A stretch of 64,000 bases of DNA from the human T2T-CHM13v2.0 reference genome, Homo sapiens, in NCBI RefSeq assembly GCF_009914755.1, contig NC_060933.1. One strand, written 5' to 3'. Within the stretch, counting starts at the first letter, position 1. Every line of letters starts with the position of its first letter. Positions 1 to 15,499 of this stretch are shown here, one piece after another. A program made the position numbers and the translations under genes. The notes below the pieces were generated by a model that searched no databases, was not told the origin of the DNA, and worked only from the letters and a program-made list of their open reading frames with translations.

Positions 1-158
1 CTGGGATTACGGGCGCCTGCCACCACACCCGGCTAATTTTTTGGTATTTTTTTAGTAGAGATGGGGTTTCACTATGTTGGCCAGGCTGGTCTCAAATGCC
101 TGACCTCATGATCCAGCTGCCTTGGCTTCCCAGAGTGCTGGGATTACAGGCGTGAGCC
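1..158 (-). mobile_element. Alu (partial, cut by window edge)
   Basis: Reverse-complement Alu motifs (GTGCTGGGATTACAGGCGTGAGCC). Confidence 0.9.
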
Positions 159-260
159 AACTTTTAAAAATTAAAAAAATTTTTAAAAACCAACTTTTTA
201 AATTTTCAAAAACCAATTTTAAAAACCAATTTTTAAAAAGCCAACTTTTAAAAATTTAAT
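157..260. repeat. Degenerate AT-rich tandem repeat (CCAACTTTTAAAAA-like units)
   Basis: About 5-6 imperfect copies are visible. Confidence 0.7.
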
Positions 261-2088
261 ATTGGAGCATAATAGAATTCAGCAATATAAGATTTGATTG
301 GGAATAAGAAATAACATCTCTTTTAAAAATGACTACAGCCCTCTTAACAATTTTACTCTTAACCAATTTTGGGGTACCAGTTTACTAATTGATCAAATTC
401 CAGATTGGAAATTAGTCATCATTTGATTAACCAGAGTTAAGCCTCTTGAATCAAATTCTCTAATTTATTATCTCCCATCTGATCTAAATTCTTTTTTAGG
501 GGATAAATTGCCAAAACGCTTTCAGAATGCCCAGTACTAGAAATCTAAGCTATTCAATTCAGTCTCTTCTCTGTTTTCAGGCTCCTTTCCTGACCCTTTG
601 GAGAACCTAATATATTTAGCTAAAAATTTTTCTTTGGGGCCTCACCTAATAAAGGTAAATAGAAAACTGATAGCTATCACATAACATACATATTGGTTAA
701 TAATTGCAACCAAAAGTAAATTAATAATTTTGAGCTATTTATATTAGCTCTGCCAAAATTACATCATTAAATTTGGCCTTATGAAGCATTGCTGACTGTA
801 GTAAAAACAAGTGTGAGCAAAGTCTTCATATGCACTGAGTCTGGTTTCAGTTCCACGTAATACTGACTTGGCAAGTGTGGAAATTCTCATGTCATCATTA
901 CCAAAAAAAAGTGAGTTCACACAGGGATTTCTGATCAAGTGACCCATTACTGCGGGAAAAAACCACACATACAAAAGCCTTTGACCCCAGTAATTTTGTA
1001 TTGGTATATTTACCCTGATCTTAAACTGCAAGGAATGTCCGCAATTAGAGTTTTTCTTTGTTTTCTAAGTCTGAAACTTGATAATCCATTTCTGCCTTCC
1101 CATGACGAGTGGACATTCCTCCAGCCAGTGGTGAGTTCCTCTTTCCTTCGCTCTCAGCAAGAGCATGGGTTGCCCTCCCATCTCGTAAGCAGAGCCTACC
1201 ACAAACGCAGCTCAAATCTCAGTTTCCAGCCCTGCTTACTCACTCGCTTGTTCCTGAATCCCCACATTACCCATCATGGCATCTTACTCTGTAGACTTCA
1301 CATGTGAACTTTGCCCTCGCCGGTGGAAGGGGTACAGTCCAGATGGGAGATGAAATCCAAATGCTCCACCAAAGGGCTTTGGTTTGTTCTGGGGAGCCCT
1401 GGTGCTGCCGAAGCCTCTTGGGAAGGAAGGAGGGAAGAGGAGAAGAAAAGATACTAAGTTTGGTTTTCATTAAAAATTTTTCCAGGTTTTCTTTAAACTG
1501 ATAGGTTCAGGGTCTTTTTCATACAACAGTCTACTTTTAGAGCTTTTGTTCGTTTGTTGTGTCATGGGAATTTATAAGGGATGGAAGGAAAAGGGGGACA
1601 AGGAATGGTCTAATTTCGGTCAGTAGAAGAATACCTGAAACCTGTTTAAATTTATTTGGAACTAATGACTTCTACTTTTAGTATCCATAAAAGACTTCCC
1701 TTGGAGCACAAAGAAGTTAATAATCTGTGTATATTGTCACTTCATGCTCTTCTTAAGCGCTGTGTGTTGGGGCACTGCTCTAGGTGTGGTGAAAGACTGC
1801 TACAGGATAAATAAGTCATGGTCACTGCCCTGGAAAGAAGCTTAAAATCCAGTGGGAGTAAATGATAAATGCATAATGACCTAAATGTCAGATGGATCTA
1901 GTACGTACCTGGAGGATTGCATAGAAGCATCCTGACAAGGGTGCCAAGAATACGCAATGGGGGAAAGGACAGTCTCTTCGAAGAATACTGTTGGGAAAAC
2001 TGGATATCCACCTGCCAAAAAATAAAATTGGACCCTTAACACCATATACAAAAATCAACTTGAAATGGATTAAGACTTAACTGTAAGA

Positions 2089-2487
<399 letters not shown>

Positions 2488-2775
2488 TCAAAGCACAGGC
2501 AACAAAAGCAAAAACATACAAGTGGGACTACATCAAGCCAAAAAGCTTCTGCACGGCAAAGGAAACAACCAACAAAATGAAAAGGTAACATACAGGCTGG
2601 GAGAGAATGTCTACAAACCATATATCTGGTAAAAGGTCAATGTCCATAATATACGAGAAACTCGTACAACTCAATACTAAAATAAAAAAAAAAGTGGAGG
2701 TGGGGCAAAGGACCTTAATAGACACTTTTCCAAAGAAGACACACAAATAGCCAACAGGTAAATGAAAAGATGCTT

Positions 2776-3105
2776 GCCAGGTACGGTGGCTCATGCCTGT
2801 AATCTCACCATTTTGGGAAGCCGAGGCAGGTGGATTGCTTGAGTCCAGGAGTTCCAGACCAACCTGGACAACATGGTGAACCCCTGTCTCTACAAGAAAT
2901 ACAAAAATTAGCTAGGCGTGGTGGCATGCACCTATAGTCTCAGTTACCCATTAGACTGAGGTGAGGAGGCTGAGGCAGGAGGATCACCTGAACCCGAAGA
3001 GGTCGAGACTGCATTGAGCCAAGATCATGCCACTGCCCTCCAGCCTGGGCAACAGAGTGAGATTGTGTCTCAAAAAAAAAAAAGAAAAAGAAAAAAAAAA
3101 GAAAA
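2776..3105 (+). mobile_element. AluJ-like
   Basis: Alu dimer with A-rich tail, inside the L1. Confidence 0.9.
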
Positions 3106-3988
3106 ATGGTGCTTGACATCACTAATCATTAGAGAAATGCAAATCAAAACCACAATGAGATATTATCTCACATTTGTTAGGATGCCTGTTATCAAAAAGA
3201 CAAAATATAACAAGTTTTGACAAGGATATGGAGGAAAGGGAACCCTTGTACGCTATTAGGGTGAAAATTGGTACAGCCATTATGGACATTGGTATGGAAG
3301 TTTTGTAAAAATCAACTATATGATCCAGCAGTCCCACTTGTGGATATATGTTTAAAAGACATCAAATTAGTATGTCAAAGAGATATCTTCACTTCCATAT
3401 TTATTTCAGCATTACTCACAATAGCAAAGATATGGAAACAACCCAAGTGCCATTTATCTTAGGAATGGTTAAAGAAAATGTGGTATATATATACAGGATA
3501 GAATAATATTTAGCCATAAAAATAAGGAAAGCCTGCCATTTGCAACAACATGGATGAACCTGGAGGACATTATGCTAAGTGGAATAATCCAGACACAGAA
3601 AAACAAATACTGTATGATCTCAGTTATATGTAGAATATAAAAACGTTGAATCCACAAGCCAAGAGTAGAATGGTGATTGTCAGGGTCTGGGGCATGGGAG
3701 AAACGGTGAGATGCTGGTCAAAGGGTACAAGCTTTCATTTATAAGATGAATATGTTCTGGAGATTAGGGAGCGTCCTTAGTCTTTTCCCTCTCCATGCAG
3801 AGGGTAACTATGTGTGATGACAGATGTGTTGATTAATTTGATTATGGGAATCAATATGCAATCTATATTTATATCAAATAATCACATTGTATACTTTGAA
3901 TACGTATAATTTCTATTAATTATTCCTCAATAAAATTAGGAAAATCAGAAGCATCCTAAAAGTTGCATTAAAAACAATGATGAAAACA

Positions 3989-4321
<333 letters not shown>

Positions 4322-5648
4322 TTACCAAGCCACCAGTGAGAGCCCATCTCTGAGGAAAAGGGGTGTGCAGCCGGACAGGCTTCAGTTTAAAAGCTTAAAC
4401 CTTGACTTGGACTTACTTTATGCCCTGAGCAAGCTATTTAACTTTTTTGTTCCTTAATTTCTAAATTATGAAATGGCAGTGGAATGAAATGGAAGATGAA
4501 ATTGTGCCTTGTTCGATGCCCTGGGGTCTGAAAGGTGCTCCTAAGGGTGTACAGCAGTTAGCACCGTTAGCGTCCTGGGCAAACCCACAGCCCGCAGATC
4601 TCTTATTTGGCAGCGAATTCCTGCAGATCAGCTCTAAGAGCCAGATTTCCTCATGGAGGAAAAGACTGCTACTGTCACGGGAAAGATTTGTTTAAACATA
4701 TTTTTTAGTACAGTTTTATAAGTCCTTATCAAGTAGGGCCAGCCCCCAGATAAAAACCGTTAAGTATTTAGCTGTAAGCCAGAGGTTGAGAATAGGAAAC
4801 ATTTGAATCTTTAAGAACTTGAGTCCAACAAAAATACTGGCTAACAGCCTGACTGAGGTGAAATAAACCTTGTTTCCAGTTTTCCAGAAAAATTGTTTAT
4901 TACTGGGCAAATCTTGGGCCTCCAAGATTGCCTATATTTTTGTTTTTCTTTTCTCTTAATCTACAGGAAACTTCTGGGTTGGGCCTTCTCATAGTTATCC
5001 GTTGTTAAAAGTTCTATATTTCTACAAACCTTCTTGTGCGAGGAGTATCTGGAAAAAAAAAACAACATTGAGATCACTCTTTAAAAATTAGTGTTTTAGA
5101 CAGGTTTCTGGTTTTCTCTGCTTTGTTAACTGAAACAGCCCCCATAGAAACATTCTGAAAGACTTAATCAAACAAGTATTCAGAATAAAATGAATGGGAA
5201 GAAGTTTTGAGTCTCCTTGATCAAACATGGACCTGTGCTTTAAAAAGCTGAGCCCCTGAGTTTGTTGCACTGTGTACTTAAAGTCTGTGACAGTTTAGCC
5301 TCTTTCTAGGCTGCCCATATCTCTCACCACTCGGTTCATTTCCCGGTTTTAACCACTCCCCACGGTCCCCAGATGATCATTTTCATCCTGAGCCTCTTAT
5401 TCCCACCTTCAGTCACTTCAGAAACTCCCCTGCACTCCATTCAACTTTCTGGACCTCCCCTTTAATGTTTGCCATTTGTGCATTCTACAGCTCGGTGCAC
5501 TTGTTTTCTGACCTCAAGAGTCAGGAGAGGAGCTATCCCAGCTTCAATTCCTCATCAATAAGGTACAGAAAATACTCTCTAGGATTACTGAAGAAATGAA
5601 ATAAGCAACTGTATTTTAAGTATTTTATGTACTGTAAAAGCATTGTGC

Positions 5649-5910
5649 GTCCGGGTGCAGTGGTTCATGCCTGTAATCCCAGCACTTTAGGAGGCCGAGG
5701 CAGGCAGATCATCTGAGGTCGGGAGTGACTGGCCAACATGGTGAAACCCCATTTCTACTAAAAATAAAAAAGTTAGCCAGGCGTGGTGGTACATGCCTGT
5801 AGTCCCAGCTACTCGGAAGGCTGAGGCGGGAGAATTGCTTGAATTCAGGAGGCAGAGGTTGCAGTGAGCCGGGTGACAGAGCGAGACTCCATCTCAAAAA
5901 GGAAACAAAA
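5649..5910 (+). mobile_element. AluS with internal deletions, inserted in the left arm of the inverted repeat
   Basis: TSD AAAAGCATTGTGC (5636-5648) / AAAAGCTGTGC (5911-5921); the empty site is present in the right arm. Confidence 0.93.
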
Positions 5911-6826
5911 AAAAGCTGTGCCAATAAAATTATACTTATTATTCTAGATACAAATATTCTGAATGCTCCTTTAGTCAGATTCTGTGTTTTCTGTTTTGTT
6001 TTTGTAATTTTCACTTAGGAGGAGGCTGTACATAAATCAAGCCCTTAGTAAATCCTTATTTAGTGAATAAATAAATACTGCCAACATCTGGCCCCAGCCC
6101 TATTTGGCCTCAAATTTCTGAGGGCTGGTTACCACTATTGCTGAAAATAGAAAAGGAGAAACAAAAAACAAAACCCACCAATTCAGGACAGAATATATTT
6201 GTGCTTAAACAAGCACACAGTACTCTCACATCCACCCTCGGTCTCCCTGAAACTCAGACCTGCAAAACTAGGATACAAGCTGTAATGACATGATGCTTTC
6301 ACAATAGCAGATTGAAGTTAGACTCCAGAAGACAGCTTTACAGTGTGTTAAACCAGATAGAAGACAGGCGGCTGCTATTGGTGTTTTACACTGGTGTACA
6401 TCGGTGCTTCTCAGTCTCTTCACATTCTAACTCATTCCTTTTGGTGTTCTGTGTAGCTATTTTGGTCTTTATTTCATATTTATTTGATTTGCTCTTTTCT
6501 TGTACCCTTTATTCCAAGGGGGAAAAAAAGGTGGGGGTTGGACAACAGAGAATGAACAGCACAGAATTCCTTTCCTTAAATACTGCCATCCTGGGAAATC
6601 TAGAATCATGAAATGTAAGATACAGATTGTGCCCTAGATCCTCCTGTCCTACTCTTCATTTTATGGACAAGTCCATCCAGAAACCTGTGATGGATGAGGG
6701 CAGAGCCTGGAAGAACCCCAGTCTCCATTCCCTCCTCCTTCTCCCTAAACCACAAAGCCTGATTTGAGTACCCAGGGCTACCCAGGTTGGAAATAGAAGT
6801 CCTCATCTTCTGCCCAGGACTTCTCA

Positions 6827-6880
6827 CTCCTAGCCACAGAGCTTCTGCCCCCTCCTAGCCACAGAGCTTCTGCCCCCTCC
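6827..6880. repeat. Perfect 25-bp tandem duplication
   Basis: CTCCTAGCCACAGAGCTTCTGCCCC x2 plus CTCC. Confidence 0.95.
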
Positions 6881-8263
6881 CACTGGAAGCATTGTGCCCA
6901 GGAGAGGACCTTTTTCTCTTATCTCTGCTGGTAAGCTTGATTATCAGGATATTCCTGGGGACCTAGAATTTAATCTCTTCTCCAAAGCTGCTCTTTGATG
7001 GTGTTGAGGGTGTTTTTGCCAGTAATGAACAATCTTCTTGTTTTGAAGCTGCCTTTTATCTTGTTTAATACATTGTAAAGTTGTCTTCTGGAGTCTTCTT
7101 CAGTCTGCTATTTTGAAAGCATCATGTCATTCCAGCTCGTATCTTGGTTTTGCAGGTATGAGTTTCAGGGGGACCAGAGGGTGGATGGGAGAGTGCTGTG
7201 TGCTTGTTTAATTAAGCACAAGTATATCCTGTCTTGGATTGGTGGGTTTTGTTCTTGTTTTTCCCTTTCTATTTTCAGCAATAGTGATAACCAGCCCTCA
7301 GGAATTTTAGGCCAAATAGGGCTAGGGCCAGATGCTGGCAGTATTTATATATTCACTAAATAAAAATTTACTAAGGGCTTGATTTATATACAGCCCCCGC
7401 TAAGTGAAAATTACAACAAAAAAAAAAGAAAAACACAGAATCTGACTAAAGGAGCATTCAGAATATTTGTATCTAGAATAACAAGTATAATTTTATTGGC
7501 ACAATGCTTTTACAGTATATAAAACACTTAAAATACAGTTGCTTATTTCATTTCCTCAGTAATCCTAGAGAGTATTTCCTGCATCTTATTGATGAGGAAT
7601 TGAAGCTGGGATAGCTTCTCTCCTGACTCTTGAAGTCCGAAAACAAGTGGACGGAGCTGTAGCACTAAGCCTCAGCCTGCTCGTCTTCAACCTGCTCCTG
7701 GCTGCAGAGTCTTGATTGACTCTGCCTGTCTCCAGTGTGCTTTCATTCCCTTCAGTGGGTAACTTGTCAGACCTCGTCTTGTTTTTGAGACTTTGGTTTC
7801 TGTCTTGCCTTCTTCCTAACTTTGGTATTCTTAGTTCCAAATCCTGAATAACTCCTGTAATGGGCCTCCCAGTAGGGGGGGTTCCTGTATTTATATTCAC
7901 AGATGTACGTATTTTAATAGTTAACATCTGAAATCAGTATACATCTTAAAGTTGCCATGGAAGTTCATTTCTTCAGTGTCTGCCTCTGCTCGTCACTTGA
8001 GGTGCTGGTAAACTAAGACCAAAGTTTAGATTCCCTGCTTGAGGGCACTTGAACCACAGTGGTGGTGAGTTCAGAATGCAAATGAGAGTAACTACTGACT
8101 TAGGATTCAAATCTTCAGGGGAGATTCCTCCCCTCTCTGCCCAGTTCCCAGGTTGAAACATCCAAGGCTCTTTGCCATCCCTTTCTGCATGGCGGGTTTC
8201 TTTGTGGCCATTTGGTTCCCTGGATTCAAGTGGTCCCTGATACCTGTTCAGTTTACCATCTTG

Positions 8264-8561
8264 GGCCGGGCATGGTGGCTCACTCCTGTAATCCTAGCAT
8301 TTTGGGAGGTCAAAGTGCGCAGATCACTTGAGGCGAGGAGTTCAAAACCAGCCTGGCCAACATGGCGAAACCCCATCTCTACTAAAAATACAAAAAATTA
8401 GCTGGGCATGGTGATGGGCGCCTGTAATCCCAGCTACTCAGGAGGCTGAGGCAGGAGAATCACTTGAACCCAGGAGGTGAGGTTGCAGTGAGCCAAGATC
8501 ATGCCACCGCACTCCAGCCTGGGCAACAGGGCACAACTGTTTCCAAAAAAAAAAAAAAAAA
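8264..8561 (+). mobile_element. AluS
   Basis: Full dimer with poly(A); flanked by CCATCTTG on both sides. Confidence 0.92.
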
Positions 8562-9432
8562 TCCCATCTTGCATGCTTTTCCTTTCTCTGTAGTATGTAA
8601 AATAATGTATGTTTGTGATCAGTGAGATCTCAGATCTGATAAAATGCAGTGTTTTGTCATGAGAGTTGCTCCCAGCCGCTGATGGGGTTGCCTTGTTCAG
8701 CACTTTTTAGCCCCAGGGGAGTAAGCCATGTTCTTGCTCCCCCTCCCTCAGGCTGAGGCTTTGCTTGATCACCTGCTAAGACAAAAACCAGAGTGGGTCA
8801 CGAGTCACTCTCTCTCTTCCCCCAGCCACAGTGGCAGCTGCCTAACTTGGTTTCTTGCTGGTGCACACATGTGACAGAAATACAATGTTAATAAATATTT
8901 CTACGTGTAATGGAGAAACAAGCCATAAAAGTAGCTGTTTGCCATCTGCTCAGATACATTATTAGGAAAGGCAATGACATTTTATGATTCAGTAACTTAA
9001 CTATTCTCCTGCCTTCTGTAAAGGCCCATCACATATAAATAAATTATAAACATCCAAACACATCCTGAGAGAAGTGCATTGGTCTCTGAAGCAGAAACAA
9101 ATGATACCTGATTCTCCCTTCTCCCAGAGGAGATCTCAAACAACTCAGTTACAGTGCCTCACAGTTGTAACCTATAGTACAAACGTGTTGGAGATATAAC
9201 ACCTTGTATACGTATGTAGAGAGAATTGGCATAACAAAGTAGAGAGGAGAATTAGACGAATGGGCACCCCAATCAGTGATTCAGGGAGAGGACCATATTT
9301 TAAACAGCAGGCAATGACTCATTTACTGAGTGTTTTCTGTGTGTCAGGCACTGTACTACGCACTTTGTTCATCTATAAGTGGAAGAATGCTTGTTTTTCA
9401 AGAACAAAGGGAATAATAAGAATAAAAGTGAA

Positions 9433-10444
<1,012 letters not shown>

Positions 10445-11129
10445 GTGCTTAGTCAATATCTGGTTGTTGATTGTTTAAGGAAAAGGCCAAGTGAGGGTAT
10501 GACTGGTTGGTAGAAATATGTATCTTGGTATAAGCAGTTCTAGGAGTGATATGTGTCTTTTGCTGCTGTTATTGTTGTTTCTGTTCAGCGTTAATACGTT
10601 TTGCATTGTACCACAAATATTTCCTTACTCCTTTGCCTTTGAGACAAAGGGCATGAGTTTATAAGTTGAGTTGAAAATAGATTAAATATATAGTACAGCC
10701 TATGCCCAGCAAGCAGAATTATCTATGCAAGTTATGCAGCCCACACGGAAAAAGAAATGCTGTGCGGCCTCATTAGCACCCCAGGATTTGTGGGGCTCCC
10801 CCTGGGCAGCCTTAACCAGGAAAATTTCATAGTCTCCTTGGCATTCCATCCAAGATTTAAGACTTCTCCTTTCATCTCCTTGAGGACCATCAACTATACC
10901 CTTGAGCTCAGCCATCCCACGCACTGAGGCTTATCTGTACTTCCAGCCCAGACCTCCCTCCTAATTCCCCACTATACCTGTGCACTGAAACACCCTCTTA
11001 GGATCTCCTTCTTAGCACATTCCTCCTCCTCTAGGCAAGGCAAGTCGTTTTCCTCATCTCAGCCAGAGCAGTAGTTACTGAAAACTAACCCAATATGGTG
11101 GCTTCTGAGCTCAGGTGTCTTTCAGTGAC

Positions 11130-11565
11130 TCCTGCTGCTTCCAAAATAAAGTCCAACTGTTTAGCTTGGCATGCAAAACCTGTAGTCATCCATCCCTTGC
11201 ATATTTAACTCCTCACACACCCCATTCTGTGGTCTCTTCTTCCCTTTGCATCTGCTCTGGGTGCTCTTTGAAGACTGTACTTCCTCCCCTTTGGGGCCAA
11301 TTTAGTCATCTTTAAGCCTCATTTCAGGGGTGGTGTCCTCAGATAACCCTTCTTCACATACCAGTTTGGGTTATCTACCGCTGTGGCTCTATAGCTCTCA
11401 GCTCACACCAATAGGATAAGTATTTAACATACTGTTAAATTACAGTATGCCATGATAACTTCTCTTCCATCATTCTGTATTGCATGAGTACAAAGACTGT
11501 GTCATTAATCCCTGTCTCCCTAGCATTGTGTCTAGCCTTTAACAGTCACTTAATAAAGGCAATGA
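11130..11565. mobile_element. L2 fragment
   Basis: Degenerate L2-like tract (CTCCTGCTGCTTCCAAAATAAAGTCCAACT...CCCTAGCATTGTGTCTAGC). Confidence 0.5.
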
Positions 11566-12149
11566 AAAGGAAATAACATTTGACCTTCAATTTAAGTTTG
11601 ACTAGGTATGGTCAAACGTTAGAAAGTGGCAGTGAACTTCTTTTGAAGTCAGAATTCATATTTTCCTTTAACATCAGATATTGGCAGCCAGCTTTTCCAG
11701 ATTTTCTTGGCCAAAAATATTACTAAAATTGCATGCTGCTAGATTTTGATATCTAGGATGATACATCTACAGCATGTAATTATTTGTCTCAATAATTGAG
11801 CTTTACCTTAGGGCTCTAAGAGAAGAGGTTAAAGGAATCAGTGGTTTAGTAATTGTATTGTTAATCTTAAAATGAAAGTTGAATGGAAAATATTTTAAAA
11901 ACTGGTTAAGAAGATAATTATTGAGAGCATGGAAAAGATAATTACTACATATACTGTAACTGGTGAAGATGGAGGTTTTATGAAAAATAAAGCAGCTTGT
12001 AATTTTTTACAACTTCTTTCAAATGCACCTTGGACTGCCAAGGTGAGAGGCAGGGGAGGACATTTTCATTCCGTGGAGTCACACTGAGGTTTTATCTTGT
12101 AATTGATTATCACATTATCTGCTTTGATCCTCATGAGATAATGAGAGTG

Positions 12150-12499
<350 letters not shown>

Positions 12500-12644
12500 T
12501 AACATGGCCCCCTCCCTCCACATCTTATGAGGTTTCCTACCATTTTCTGTCCAATCGTGACTTTTTCTACACTCACTTTTAGTGCCCCATAAGAAGGATA
12601 TTTAATGAAACCTTTTATGGACTATTGATAAGAACCCAACCCTT

Positions 12645-12976
<332 letters not shown>

Positions 12977-13124
12977 TTACTTCCAACAGTGCTACCCCTT
13001 CTCCCAAGACTCTTAATGTAGTCTGTCTGTCCATAGCATTGTATCCAGATTCCTGAACCTGGCATATGAGCTCTCAATAATTCATTCTGACTCATCTTTC
13101 CAGGCTTACTGTTTAAATATGTTT

Positions 13125-13418
13125 TATTTATTAATGTTTGAGACAGGGTCTCGCTTTGTCACCCAGGCTAGTGTGCAGTGGCATGTTCATAGCTCATTGC
13201 AGCCCTGAACTCCTAGACTCAAAGGTTGTTCCTGCCTTAGCCTCCCAAGTAGCTGAGATTACAAGCACATGCCACCACACCTGGCTAAGTTTTTATTTTT
13301 AGTAGGGACAGGGTCTCCTTATGTTGCCCAGGCTGGGCTCAACTCCTAGCTTCAAGTGATCCTCTGGCCTCAGCCTCCCGCAGTGCTGGGATTATAGGCA
13401 TGAGCCACTGCACTGAGC
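13125..13418 (-). mobile_element. AluJ
   Basis: Diverged reverse-complement Alu. Confidence 0.85.
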
Positions 13419-13532
13419 CATAAATAGATGCAAGTCAAAATCCAAGAAAACCTTGAAACAAATTGCCTTACATGGTAAGAAAGGTTTATCTTTTTCATAA
13501 GTTCAGAGATGAACTTCTGGGGTTAATTAATT

Positions 13533-14287
13533 TGTAATTGCCCAATTGCACACACAAAGCCATTTCACTGAGACTGTGATATTGCAGTAAAGAAAGAGTT
13601 TAATGAATGCTAGGCCAGCAATGTGGAAGATGGAGTTATTATTCAAATCAATCTCCCCAAAGGCTCAGAGAGTTAGGGCTCTTCAAGGATAGTTTGGTGA
13701 GCGGAGGACTTAGGGAATGGGTGCTGCTGATTGGTTGGGGATGAAATCATAGGGATGTGCAAAATGGTCTAATCCTGTGCCACCTCACCTGCACTGAGTC
13801 CATCTCTGGACTTCCTTGGTTGAGTTATGAGTCCTGGCTCCCGGTGGGGTCACTCGGTTGCCTGAATGCAAAACTCTGACAAGCATCTCAAAAGACTAAT
13901 CTTAGGTTCTATAGTAGTGATGTTATCTATAGGAACAATTGGGGAAGTCACAAACCTTGCAACCTCTGGCCACCTGACTTCTGAGCAGTAAGAGATTATA
14001 GAAAGTATGCCTACATGTTAGCAGAATTCAGGCCCCTCCCATTATTCTAGTCTTGTGGCCTTTATTAGTCTTACAAAGGCAGTTTCAGCACCTGAACAAG
14101 GAAGGGAATGAGTTTCAGGGAGGGACTGTTATCATCCTTGTTTCAAAGTTAAATTACAAACTAAATTTCTCCCGTGGTTATCTTAGCCCATGCCCAGGAA
14201 TGAACCAGCCTGTGAGGCCAGAAGCAAGATGGAGTTGAACCATGCTAGATTTCTCTCAATGTCATCATTTTTGCAAAAGGACTTTCA
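13533..14287 (-). mobile_element. ERV1 solo LTR, LTR8-family-like, nested in an older MLT1 LTR
   Basis: TG...CA termini; the minus strand begins TGAAAGTCCTTTTGCAAAAATGATGAC...CAACTCCATCTTGCTTCT, as in LTR8; 4-bp flanks AATT/GATT. Confidence 0.75.
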
Positions 14288-14291
14288 GATT

Positions 14292-14575
14292 TAGTGGCCC
14301 ACTGATATCATTAGAGGCCCAGGTTCTTATCGTCACTTCACTCTGCCATCCACTATGCACTGGTACATCCTGAGACTTGCTCTGCCTCTTGGCAAAATGG
14401 CTACAGAAGTGCCAGGCATCACATCTAGACAGGGCATCTTGTGGCTCTTGTAGGAGTAAGGAAACATTTCCAGACGCACCCTAGAGAACATCTTACATTT
14501 CACTGACCAAAAATGAGTCACATGGTCCTTTACAAACCAATCACAGGTAAAGGGAATGCCGTTATTATGGTAACC
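14292..14575. mobile_element. MLT1 (ERVL-MaLR) LTR remnant; a related copy lies at ~17300-17520
   Basis: AAAATGGCTACAGAAGTGCCAGGCATCACATCTAGAC, shared with AATGGCTGTAGAAGTGCCAGGCATCACATCCAG at ~17470. Confidence 0.6.
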
Positions 14576-15127
14576 AGCATGGGGGAACAGGTGGAGAGTC
14601 AACCACCAGGACTACAGGGCTTCCTTTTCTCCCTTTGTATGTCCCTCTTCCATCCTGACCTCATGGTGACCCTAAAAAGTCTGTGCCTGCCTACCACCAA
14701 ACCTGCTCTCTGCCCCTCTAGATTTTAGGTACCCAGCCCCCCAGGCCTATACCCGAGTTCGCTTTGCTCCATGGAACTTTCCTTGCGCACTCCCTGTTCT
14801 ACCCCTTTGCCACCTGTGTGAAGGTCATATCTCTCTAGCTGGACCCTGAGGTCCTTTGGGGCATGCCTGCGCTGCTCTCTATTCCTTCATGTGCTTCGTA
14901 GAGAACCACAGACCCTGACTTTATTTGTGCAAACCTTTTCCCCAAAATGCTAAGACTAATACCACGCAGAGATGGAAGTACTCTTACATCCTAGTCATAA
15001 TCAGCCCCTTGAGACTGGAGCTAGTCTTCAAAATGGAATAATAGTGTTCCCTTTCTATTATTAGAATAGTAAGAATTCTATATGAGTAGAATAAGAAAAA
15101 GTTAATGTGGCATTCACAATTTATTAA

Positions 15128-15499
<372 letters not shown>

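Larger units (their letters stand above)
5485..7662. repeat. Long inverted duplication: left arm 5485-6367 (with Alu insert), right arm 7049-7662, spacer ~680 bp
   Basis: Arms are reverse complements over ~610 bp, e.g. TATTCTAGATACAAATATTCTGAATGCTCCTTTAGTCAGATTCTGTGTTTT (~5940) versus AAAACACAGAATCTGACTAAAGGAGCATTCAGAATATTTGTATCTAGAATA (~7430). Confidence 0.95.

Noticed and set aside
759-1501. Overlapping 60-122 aa ORFs on both strands
   Set aside because: No recognisable domain, several use non-ATG starts, and lengths are compatible with chance.
4935-4970. Strong isolated splice acceptor (TTTTCTTTTCTCTTAATCTACAG)
   Set aside because: No convincing downstream donor; isolated splice-like sites are common.
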